Origin: Vicugna vicugna
Taxonomy: Eukaryota
Length of the DNA: 64,000 nt
NCBI GenBank assembly: GCA_013265495.1
Contig: MU058009.1
Coordinates: 4,158,739 to 4,222,738, forward strand
Direction: 5' to 3'
In this document: positions 24,296 to 34,720 of the stretch, one piece after another
Layout of the letters: the number at the start of each line of letters is the position of its first letter
Numbering within the stretch: position 1 is the first letter of the stretch
Notes under the pieces: generated by a model
The model's database searches: none
Seen by the model: the letters and a program-made list of their open reading frames with translations, nothing else
What the model was told of the DNA's origin: nothing
Program-made: the position numbers and the translations under genes

Positions 24296-25924
24296 GAGTC
24301 ATCAAAACCCGTTAGACAGAGGGTAGTGGGGTGTTTAGAAGAAGGGAAACTTTTAATAAAGTGAGGTCGGACGGCCTGGGGCTGGCGGGGCCGGGTGAAC
24401 TTCAGGACGTCCATGAACTTCCCAGGGTTATACATCTTTTGTTTTCTGTGTGGTTTTTTGGTTTTGTTTTGTGTGTGTGAGAGAGAGTACATGTGCATTT
24501 TCCTGCTGAGTCCATGGTTTTCATCAGCTTCACAAAAAAAGTTCACTTTTTGTTATACAATATACAGTAAAATACTACCTCATTTGTATGGCGGCGTGTA
24601 GAAACAGGTCTCCATTAGGAGTCTGGACCATGGATCTCGTAAAATCTTCCGTGTTCATAAAGCCACACCCACCCGCGTTTCTGCAGCCGTGTCCGGGGGA
24701 CTCAGACGTAACGCTGCAAGCAGTCCTTTTGTGCGTTGGTTGGGGCAGAACCAGGACATGCTTCTTAGCCCAAAGCCCACTCGGAGATGTTTTCCACTCA
24801 TCACTGCTGGCTGCTGGCCCCAAATCAATGGCGGGGCTGAGCCAGGGAGTGGTGATCGGCGCAGCTCTGTGAATGACCGACCACAGCGCATCTCCTGACT
24901 GAGAGAGGGGTTAATCATGCGCACAGATGGCGGCGAACCCCCCAGGCAGTCACACACTGTAAAGCAGTGTTCACGTCACTGCCTTCTGAACACCGTGCCT
25001 TGTAAACCCCAGGATGTGACAAGCCTCTTTAGACTCTTCTCTGATTGTGTCACCGAGTCCCCCGTAGGGAAGTGGGGAGGGGTGGGCGGTAGAGATCAGA
25101 GGAAACATGTAATCACCAGCCTCTTAGAACAATAAGGCTCCTCAAACGCACGTGCGCGGATCGGGTTTTTTGCTTTGGTGTTTCCGCTGGTGAGTAGTTA
25201 GCGGGTTTGGGGGAGTGTGTGCCGGCTTGGGCATCCCCCTGTGGACCACGGGGAACGCCCAGTTCCCTTTAGCTGTGTTTCCGGGAAGTACTAACTGGAG
25301 ACGTGGACGGGGAGGGGAGAACGGACTTTGCGGAGAGAGGCCCGTGTGGTAATGTCAGAGCGTCCTTTCAGACGCAGACGCATCTTTCTCGTGCCCGTCC
25401 TTATCTTCAGTTCTGCGGAAGGCAGGAGGCCTGTTTCCACGGAGGACGCCGTGCACGCCGCCCCCCGAGCGGTCCCCACGGCTGTGCCTGCGCGTCTCCG
25501 GAGCGCTCGCCGCAGCAATCCCACGTCGCTGCACGGAGCGCGCGGGTCGCGGGGAGGGGGTTTCTTATTTTACTGCTGAGAGGAGTAGAGGTTCTCTCCT
25601 GGGAGCTCTTCTGAGAGAAGAGCAAGTCTCTGACAAACACTTTCGGAGAGTTACTCTGTGGCCGGATCGGAGCAGATCCGAAGGCGGCTGTCATTTCTGG
25701 GCCTGTGACCCGCTGCCTGCGGCCACCGAGTCCCAGCTCAGACAGCTACCGGCTCTGGTGTCCCGGGGACCTCACGGTCTCGCTGTCATTGCATAAGGAA
25801 AAAGAGTTTGGCAGATCTCTGGGCCAAGGGTTTCCAGAATCAGCGTCCTCCATTAAAAACAGGGAGCCAAAATGGGAATTTTTGTATTGATGAGGGGAAT
25901 CTAAGGAAAATAGAATATTTTAAT

Positions 25925-26050
25925 TTACTTTGGAGACCTCGGGTATGCGAATGATCTCCTCTGAGTCTCAGTTTATCCAAACAGAAAAATGGGGGCAGAG
26001 GTGTTTACTCATCCATAGGAATGCTGTGAGACTCACTGAAACAACGCTTC
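25925..26050 (+). mobile_element. MIR SINE fragment
   Basis: CTCTGAGTCTCAGTTTATCCAAACAGAAAAATGGGG...CATAGGAATGCTGTGAGA. Confidence 0.7.
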
Positions 26051-26683
26051 TGCAGTGATTTTCTGGTACAAATGGCTCCCAGATTGCATTACATTAGTTG
26101 TAAGTTTTCCAGAGTCCCTGGCACCTCTGATAAAAATGAGCTTTGGAAATGGTAGACTATGAATATTGTAAAAAGGGGAAATGGCTTCTCTTGCTCCCCA
26201 GAGAGGCACTTGAGGAATGTGGGGCCGCTGTCTGACATGGGGAGAGACTCCGAGTGCCCTGACCTGGAGCGGTCCTTCAGCTCTGCAGGCCGGGACCCCG
26301 CCAGGCTAACCATTACGGTCAGCTCAGCCTGGACATACAGCACCGCCGAGTCATCTGTCCGGCAGTCCCAGCTCCGGTGTGGCCCAGGGCTGCACCTGGA
26401 GGCTGAGGTAAGTGTGGGGACGCCCGAGCCCCCCCTGCCGTGGACGCCTTCACCCTCTCTCATCTGCAGTTTCAGGACTCCGCCTTCGCCCCTTCGGTCA
26501 GCTTCCGTCTCTGGCCACAGACCTCTTAGGAGTCTCACAGGCTGTCAACCGACGCGCACTCCGGCCCTCCCCTCAGGTCACAGACCGCAGAGGACACGGC
26601 GGGACTGCGGGGGCTTCTGTAGGGCTCTGGGGGGGCTGGTGTGATTTGGATGTGTGCTATCTGGCCCGTCACCGTGGCGGTTC

Positions 26684-26781
26684 TAATTGGCTGAGGATGA
26701 GTCTTGAAATGTCATAGAAAGATTTATCTCTCAGCACAGATTGTCCCTCAGCTAATTTTGCAATAGGCCACGGGATAATGG
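26684..26781 (+). repeat. Dispersed 98-bp paralogous non-coding element, copy 1
   Basis: Ungapped 73/98 identity to 38291-38388 by manual alignment. Confidence 0.9.
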
Positions 26782-28097
26782 ATTGTTCGGAAAACAATGC
26801 CGGGTCTCAGTGGCCTTTTGTTTTGGAACGAACTTGGTAGCTTCTTGAAGCGAAGGGGCCTGTGGGAAAGAAAGCCGTGATGGGCTGGGCGGCAGCTGTG
26901 CGCTGGGGACCACGGGCCTCGCTTGCGAGGGGCTGGCTGCGTCTTCCTCAGGGTGCCGTCCCTGTCCTTGTGGGGACTCATCAGACAGGTGGGGGGAGAA
27001 GCCTGCCGAGGGAGTTAGGGCTCGAGAAGACATATGGGGCTTGGCATCTCGGACCAGTTCTATCAGCGGCAAGGATTAATTTCAGAGAAGATATTTCATG
27101 AAAAATGGACTTCCCCCACTCTCTTTTGGTGTCCCAGGCAAATATAGTTTGTTGATTTGAAGGTGCCATCAACTGTAAGCTGCTTGTTGATTTAATAACA
27201 GCGTTTCAGGGCTGGGAGACGTGGGAAGATGGGTCCGTGTGACTTGCACATATAGACTACAAGATAAATTTCTGATTCAGAAACGTGAACATGTGAAGAC
27301 ATATTCTGTAAAACTGGGGGGAGACAGTGTTTTTGGTGACCCAACAGCAAAAGTCCCACACGCGTTTTGCCCCCAAATCTCCTTCCAATGGGGTCCCCAG
27401 CTTGGGACTGCGTTTCTTAAAATAGGACGGATTTTATTTTTTACTGGGTGTTTTATATGTGATTTTGGATTCAGACAAAGCCCCTGTCATCTTCAAACAG
27501 CTCTGGATTTTCTGAGCTATTATTAGACTGGAGAGTATAGATAATTGCAATCCACACAGAAAGCTAAAAATAAAGTGTTTATTCATTATCTCTGAAGATT
27601 TTTTTTAGCACATGGCATTTTTCCAAAAAGATGTACAAGTGCTTGGATGAAAGGGCGACTTTCTCCATAGCCCACCCTCCCCTGGAAGTTTGACAAAAAA
27701 GCAGAACAGCCACCAGGCAGAAATCAGGACAGAAGAGAAAGTGCGCACACGGTCTTATTAATATGTCTCGGAAAGATTGAGAATTGGGTGCAAATCTAAT
27801 TCTTCTCATGCGATAGGCAACCTTTGTCTTGCTGGCATTTACCTGAACGGAGGTAAATGTTGATGGCGTCGGCGGGTGTGTAGTCAGTGGGTGTTCTCGT
27901 CATTTATTTTTTTGAACAAAAGACACGGTGGCATCGATCTCCGCGTCCGTCCCCTACTAAGTGGCTGCGGGAATCTGACCTACTGGGCGCGTCTGGTTGA
28001 AACAACTGTCCCGCAGCTGCGACCTGCTTTCGGCCACAGTCCTGCTTGCTCAACACATCGTTTCTTCATCCACAGCCTCTCCTTGGTTCTTGTCAAC

Positions 28098-28320
28098 CGA
28101 GGGTCAATGCCCTTTTTCTACAAAGGGCCAAACGTCCGTATTTCCAGCTTTGTGGGCCACGCTGTGTCTGACGCAGCTCTCAGCTCTGCCCCTGAAGCGC
28201 GGCCCCGGGGGTGAAGGGCGCGCTGTCACGGAGGCATGGCTGTGTTCCGGGACAGCTGCCTGTGCCGAAGTGGCGGGCGGGTGGGGTCTGGACCACGGGC
28301 TGCGTTCGCTAGCCCCACTG
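28098..28320. mobile_element. MER58A-like hAT-Charlie DNA transposon relic
   Basis: TTTTTCTACAAAGGGCCAAA...CTTTGTGGGCCAC...CTCAGCTCTGCC...GGCATGGCTGTGTTCC...TGGACCACGGGCTGCGTTCGCTAGCCCC follows the recalled MER58A layout. Confidence 0.8.
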
Positions 28321-28751
28321 GGCCCCGAGGTTGGAGACGGAATCCACGGTCACCGCTGGGACTCGAGGGCCGAGTCCGTGGGAGGCGGGGCACAGCCCGC
28401 CGGAGGCAGCAGCCCGTGCAGACGAGGGAGCCGGGGGGGCCAGCAAGCGGACGAGGTAACGAAACCACGTCAACGCGGGGGACAGACCATTTGACAAGGG
28501 ACAGCCTCCCTGTGGGGGCACGTCGTTTGTAGGGTTTTGAGTAGGAACACAGGTTATTGAGACCCAGGCCGTTATTTTCTAAGAACTGTTGCGTTCCTCC
28601 CTCTGCCTCACTTTCCTCATTTATGAATTCCCGGCAGCGCCTGCCTCATGGGGCTGTGCTGAGGGTGAGGAAGCGAAGGGTCTTCTGTGAACCGGCGGAG
28701 CGCACCACACGTCCACGACACCTTGTTGTCAAAATGTTGTTTTTGACGCCA

Positions 28752-28880
28752 TTTTACTTTTTACTTTTATTTATGTATTTGGGGGGAGGTAATTTTATTT
28801 ATTTATCTTTAGTGGAGGTGCCGGGAATTGAACCCAGAACCTCGTGCTCGCTCTCCCACTGGAGCTGTACCCTTCGCCCC
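28752..28880 (-). mobile_element. tRNA-derived camelid SINE (Vic-1-like)
   Basis: T-rich tail, GGGGGGAGGTAATT, TGGAGGTGCCGGGAATTGAACCCAG (reverse B box), CCACTGGAGCTGTACCC; TSD-like TTTTGACGCCA / GTTTGATGCCG. Confidence 0.85.
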
Positions 28881-29559
28881 GTTTGATGCCGTGTCATCAC
28901 CCATCTCTAGTAGCCCTCACGTTGGATTGGAAGTGACCAAACTTCGTAACAAACGTAACAGAAACGTGAGAAAGAGTCTTTGAAGAGAGCTGGGTGGACT
29001 GCAACGCCAGGCCTCTTGCGTCTGCGTAAGAGAGAGCGTCTCCAAGTCGCTGGCAGGCTGAGGCGGCTGTCTTCCCACCCAGCTGATGTGAGAAGCCGGC
29101 GTTTAATACCCACATGCTCCCCCACCAGGAGAGCTGTCATCGCAGCGCCAGCCCCGGGGCCTGCTGATAACACGTGATCAAGCACAGGGTGAGCGTGTCT
29201 GGGCCCTCGAAGAAGCGGGCAGGCACACTTAGGGGCTGTTGTCGCTTTTCAGAAGCTTTATAAACATCTATTGACAAATCCGATGAGGAACAAACTGGGA
29301 TAATTAAGCTGTTACTTGTGCAGTCCTCTCCGATTTAAAATGACCATTGGAAACGTAGGCTCCATTTCCGTTGACCCAAGTCAGATTTCAGTGGCAGTTC
29401 AGAGTTCTAAGGAAAGGCGTAACTGCCAAGCAGGAGCCGCAAGAAGATGACACGGGAGCAGCTCACCCTTGCAGGGCCTTTAAAGCCGGGGCTGCGGCGG
29501 GCGCCCTGGAGCCAGCCCCCCACCCAAGCCCACGATAAACTGCCGGACCTTCGGAGGCA

Positions 29560-29700
29560 GTAACTCTCTCGTTTCGCAGAGAGGAGGCGGAGACTCCGAG
29601 CACCTGAGTGTCTTTCTCAAGGCCGTCTGGCTGGTACGTGGCAGAAGCAGAGTTCAAGCCCAGGTCAGTCTGACCCAAAGCCAGCGTTTCATTTCCCAGG
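29560..29700 (-). mobile_element. MIR SINE
   Basis: TTTCGCAGAGAGGAGGCGGAGACTCC...GTGGCAGAAGCAGAGTTCAAGCCCAGGTCAGTCTGACCCAAAGCC. Confidence 0.75.
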
Positions 29701-30569
29701 CAGCGACCTTTACATTGTTTGATTGCTTGCATCCCCCGGTAGAAAGAACAAACCATACAAAGTAAAGCAAAGAACAGTAATTAAAGAGCGCGCTTCCCCT
29801 ATCATGTATACGGGCGCACACACAATGTGTATTTGCAAATCATTCATAATACATGCCTTTTCATTAACAGTATAATGGTAATAAGCTCTGTTATTTCAAT
29901 ACGTATCAGGCAAATTATCAAACGTTTACCAAAAAAAAAGTAAGAAGGATGCACTAAAAATAAATACAAATGGAAGAAACTTTCTTCCTTGCATCAAATG
30001 GTGGGTGTACTTTGCAGACCTCTGCGCTGGACCGCCCCGGCAGGCCAGACACGTCGGGTCCAAGGATGTTGTGTCTCCCTGGCAAAGTGAGTTTAATCTT
30101 GGCGTGCAGCCTGACACAGGCGTTACCCCGCAAGAACCCCGGATGAGTGCGGCAGGGCCTGGTGAGGGCGGCTTATCCCTCAGCAAACCAACGGCACGTG
30201 TGGCAGAGCAGCGCCCAGCCCCCTCTGAGCTGCTCAGGCTGATGCTGCCGTGCACCGCCCGGGGTCCTTGCAGGGGCTGGACGGCCCCCACCGCAGGCTC
30301 TGGCCATTTCAAAAACGAAGTGCTTTTTTCCAGCACACAAATATCTTGCTAATTAGCAATTAGCCATCCAGGGGGAAGGAACAGAGGGAGACCGGGGATC
30401 TGAAATGGTCTCCCAAGAGACATGAAAAAAAAACAACCCAACAACAGCACTTGAAGTAAGGCAGATAGAAATGGGGAGCGGCCTCATTTGGGCAAGATGT
30501 CTCGAGCCGTTTCTCTAGATGTTTTAACTTCGGTGAAGGGCCCCGATGTATTCTGCCAAGTGCTTTTCC

Positions 30570-30735
30570 CTTTAATTTTTAAATGCATTCAAATTTCAAG
30601 GGGAATTTAATCCGTATGTTCCTGGTTCTTTTACACTTAACTCATCAAAATGTTGTTCTTTAAGAGCTGTTTGATCTATAAGGCTTATGAGCCTTTGTTA
30701 TAAGCCTTTTCAAAACCTCTTTCCCCCTTTTGAAT
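30570..30735 (+). repeat. Ancient conserved element, MER135-like
   Basis: TTTAAATGCATTCAAATTTC..AATTTAATCC.TATGTT..TTTACACTTAACTCATCAAAATGTTGTT..TAAGAGCT.TTTGAT resembles my recollection of the MER135 family; hairpins present. Name unverified. Confidence 0.5.
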
Positions 30736-33439
30736 CAGCACATGGAACTGTGCCAGTTCTGAATGGGGTCTGAAAAAAGAGAAGTCCGAGTTCAGGATCC
30801 AGGCAGAGCCTCAAGGGCGCCCGGGCTGACTCTGCAGGGACGCACACTTGGCCCTTGCCTGGGAGGAGGACCAGCAGCTTCCGGAGCACTCCGCCAGGGA
30901 GCCGGGCTCGGAGGGAGCCCAGAGCGGAGAGGCAGCGCGCCGCAGGGGGCGTGCAGGTGTGTGGAGCACCAGGAAGCCTTGGACTTAGGCCTGAGGAGCC
31001 ACCCCGTCCATCCCCCCAACCCGATGACATCCGTGACATGTAGTAACGGTATCAGCCACAAAAAGAGGGAACTCCCAGGGCCCCGGCTCCACCTCCAGCT
31101 GCCTTCCTGTGCCTCACGAGCACCATCGCCCCCCGTCCTCATCACTCTGCGAGGGGCGTGGACGCAGTAGCATTTAGGACCCGCTGACGTGGCTCTGGAT
31201 CCCAGCACCCGCGTGGTGAACGCCAGCGCATGAGGGAAGTTCTTCAGTCCTCCCCCGACCCTGCCTCTGCTGCTGGGCCGCCACCAAGGCCACTACGGCC
31301 CCCACTGTCTCGGGGGGCAGTCGCCGTTCCCACTGGTAGCCGCGGTTGTTCGAAAGGTGTCCCTTTTTCGGTTTGTTTTTGTTTCTGTTTCTGAGTCAAA
31401 ATCTCCTCCCTTGCTAATTATAGCCGTTACTTCTACACTAGACGTAAGCCAGCTCCTCTTCAGCCTCTCACGCCTGAACGTGGCGACGCCCAGACTTCTC
31501 CTTTCCAGGGTTGACAACCCGTCTTTCCGAGGGGCTCCCGTTTCCCGGCCTCTGTCCCTCCGGTTGCTCTGTGCTGATGCACTAGGACGCGCGGAGGTCT
31601 GGCCAGGGTGAAACTCAGTGGAAACCTACCCACTTTGGTTTGGGTTTAATACCCCAGTTAATATGGCTCTAGGATCCTCTAGCTTGTGGAATTCATGTTC
31701 CAGCTTTTTGTTCATTTAAAGTTGATGGCCGCTAAGAAGGTTTTGGGTTTTTTTTCCCTGTGACTTGTTCAAGGCAGAGCCCCACCTCTGGTACTTCTGC
31801 AGTTGGTTTTTTGTTTCAAAATATGACGCTTTCTTATAGACTCTGTTGAACTGGTAACAGTGAAGAGGGATTTAATGGGGAAATGCATATTATACCGAGT
31901 ATTTAGATGTTAGGTGGGGATGTGATCAGACGGGACCAGTTTCACGAATTCCTGCTCGTGTGTTAACTAAATTCACAGCCCTCAGATCTTGAGCCTTCAA
32001 AGCCTCATTCTGGAGTCCTTGTGAAGCTCAGGTGAGTTTTATCATGAAAGAGCACTGAAAAGCCCGCCGCCCGCGGCCCTCCCGTCGGGCAGGCAGCCGA
32101 GAGCGAGCTCACAGCCCGTGCAGGGCACCTTTTACTTTGCCAAGTGACTAAACGTGCAGTCACTGCGGCAGGCGTCCGCCAGCTGTGCCCACACGGCTCA
32201 CCCAGCTGGACCACTTTTCAGAGAAGAGACAGGGCTCATCCACCTTGTCCTGGTCCTAAAGTCCTGTGCCAGAAAGATCAGCGTTGGGTTTGAACGTGTG
32301 CATGAACCTCCAGCAGCCGTGCGCAGGTGGCTCCACTTGACGGAGGTGGTGCTTGTCCCCCAGGCCCACGGGCGACCTCTGGGGAGCGCTCTGCCCGCTG
32401 CTGGGCACTGCGCAGAAGTGGCGAGACCCAGGGGCCGACCACGGGTCCTGCTGGTGAGGCCTGCCATCTGTCCACTTACCTTTTCCCTGCATTTCATCTC
32501 TGCATTCTCCTGGGCTCTGGCAAGCCCTTTAAGCTTCACTGACCTATTCTGCCTGTGAGCTGGGAAGTCCCTGCAGGTCCTTACTTAACCTGAGAGCTTT
32601 CCAAATGCATCTCCATGGAAATTTCTTCTCTTGCTAACAGCCCTGGATTTGGATTTTAATCCCAGAAAACTGTGAAATGTGCGTGTTTTATAGGCTGCTT
32701 TTGAGAGGTTGCATGGGAATCGAACAGTCGGGCAGCTCGTGACAAGTGGAAGTGAAGAGCATTTGCTAAGCAGGGCACCTGCCGCCCTAATACGTACCCA
32801 GCCCAGGGCCGGACCTGGACACCAAACACAGCTTTACGGCAACAGTCCCTTCTCAGCCCGGAGGGCTGTTTACTGTGGTGGAGGGACACACGTCCTGATA
32901 AGAAGGAACAGACGTATGTGAGAGAACATATTTTTGGGTGCCAAGGAATTTGGTAGAGGCTCTAAATTCCGTGGCCCCTGACGTAAGGAACAGCAGGCCA
33001 CAGGCCAGACTAATCCAGCAGGCAGGGAAGGATCTGGATGGGATTTAGAGGGTGCGAGAAGTGGTCAGATTTGGGAATGAGGATGTATTGCTGAGAAACT
33101 CTCTTGTCCGTGGACACCAGACACGCAGACAGGCTCATACAAGCACCGCAGAAACTGTAAGCCCGCGGCCTTCCGTCCTCGGGTCGTTCCCTGGAAACTG
33201 GAAGCGGCGGGGCTGCCGTTGCCAATAGCGATGGACACTGGCATCTTCCTTGTAAGACCTTCTTCACTTCCCAACAAGATGAACACCACCCCTTTTCAAA
33301 GCCAGAGTAACTCTTTGAATCTACTAACACTTGTCTGAACTGACACCCGGAGTAACCAGAAAAACAGTGTGTGGAACATCCCAGTGGCTGGCGGGAGGAC
33401 GGTGAGGAGCACCGGTATCACCTGTGATTTCCGGAGCCC

Positions 33440-33640
33440 TTGCTGTGTGCTGCGCACGCGCCCCAGGGCCACGTGCATGTGCACGTGGTTTCACGTAATC
33501 CTCACGACGACCTCTGGGGGCGGTAGCGGTATCGTCCTCGTTCACAGACAAAACAAGGTGCTGGGAGACTGGGGGCGGGGAGTGAATGAGTGATGGGCAG
33601 AGGCTGTGGACCACGTGTTCTGACTGCAGAGTCAGACCAG
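33440..33640 (-). mobile_element. MIR SINE (GC-shifted)
   Basis: TTTCACGTAATCCTCACGACGACCTCTGGGGGCGGTAGCGGTATCGTCCTCGTTCACAGACAAAACAAGG. Confidence 0.7.
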
Positions 33641-33899
33641 CATTTGAACAGTGTGCTCTGTGTGAAAAAGTCATCGAGTCTGCATAGCCGACAACCATGT
33701 GCAAAGACCCTTCTCCTGTGAGGTCCCCTCTGTCCTTCTCGACTGTCCTGAGGAACGGGGAGTGCCGTGGCCATAGGAAACGGAGGCCAGGAGAAAGCCC
33801 CCTGAGGGCAGCAGTCTTCCCTCTGCTCCTGCCTGAGCCCTGCCCTGAGTGGTGACGGCTGAGCAGACGCTCTGCCCATCAGTATCTGTACCTTCCTTC

Positions 33900-34720
33900 T
33901 CCAGGGAGCTTCACGGCCCTTTCCTTTTAGCTCCCCTTCCATGCCTGTCCTCTGAGCTTTGCCGTCGCGCCCAGTCAGTCCTCCAGTTCAACCTGCGGGT
34001 CAGATGTCCTGTGCGCTGACCACAGACGGCCCCCTGCCCCTGCCCTGCTTGCTCCTTCAGCTCATGCTCTTGCTGGACCATGCTCAAACTGAGGATTCTT
34101 CGAAGGCTGTACTTGCCCTCAGGACCTCAGCTTCCTCCTTCCCCCTGCAGGGGTCCAAGTCTTCATCTACTGTTGCCAGTATCCTCAACTCCTTATCCCA
34201 CTGTCCTTGCCTCAGGCTCTCCTGGCAAAACTCAATTCCAGAAAAATTACATCGTGAGCATCCTCCCGGGCACTGCTGGAGAAAATCATACGGTTACTGA
34301 TGGCGGTGTCTCCGTAAATGCATCATCTCTAACCTTCTCTAGACCCACAAACAAACAAACACCAAACCCTGGCGATTCTGAGCTCCCCCGTTTCTGCACC
34401 TCTCCCGTCCACACGACGGCCATCTCCAGCCTTCCCGTAACGCCTCCCCCTCCCCGAGGATTACGTGGCCTCTAACTTGGCCTGTCTCCCTTTGGCAAAC
34501 TTCTTTTGAGACTCAGCTTAAACATCATTCCTCAACGAGGCTCTTCCTGATAGGTTTCCTTAGCTTCCTGAGTATAACCCACACCACATGTTTTCATTGC
34601 TTAAATTTCACCGTTATCTCTGTTTCTGTTGGTAAATAGCATGAGCTGCGTCTTCAGCAAGTGCATGGTCTACTAGGCCCCTCATACGGTTTTGCTGAAA
34701 ATAGATGAATGACTGCATCA
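33900..34720 (+). mobile_element. L2 LINE 3' portion (decayed)
   Basis: Pyrimidine-rich L2 body, TGAGACTCAGCTTAAACATCATTCCTC..., terminal TGCTGAAAATAGATGAATGA. Confidence 0.6.

Noticed and set aside
27750..27820. Possible third copy of the 98-bp twin element (GGTCTT..ATGTC..GGAAAGATT..CTAATT..ATAGGC)
   Set aside because: The motif order is similar, but the spacing differs and several indels are needed. It cannot be separated from chance without a profile-HMM score.
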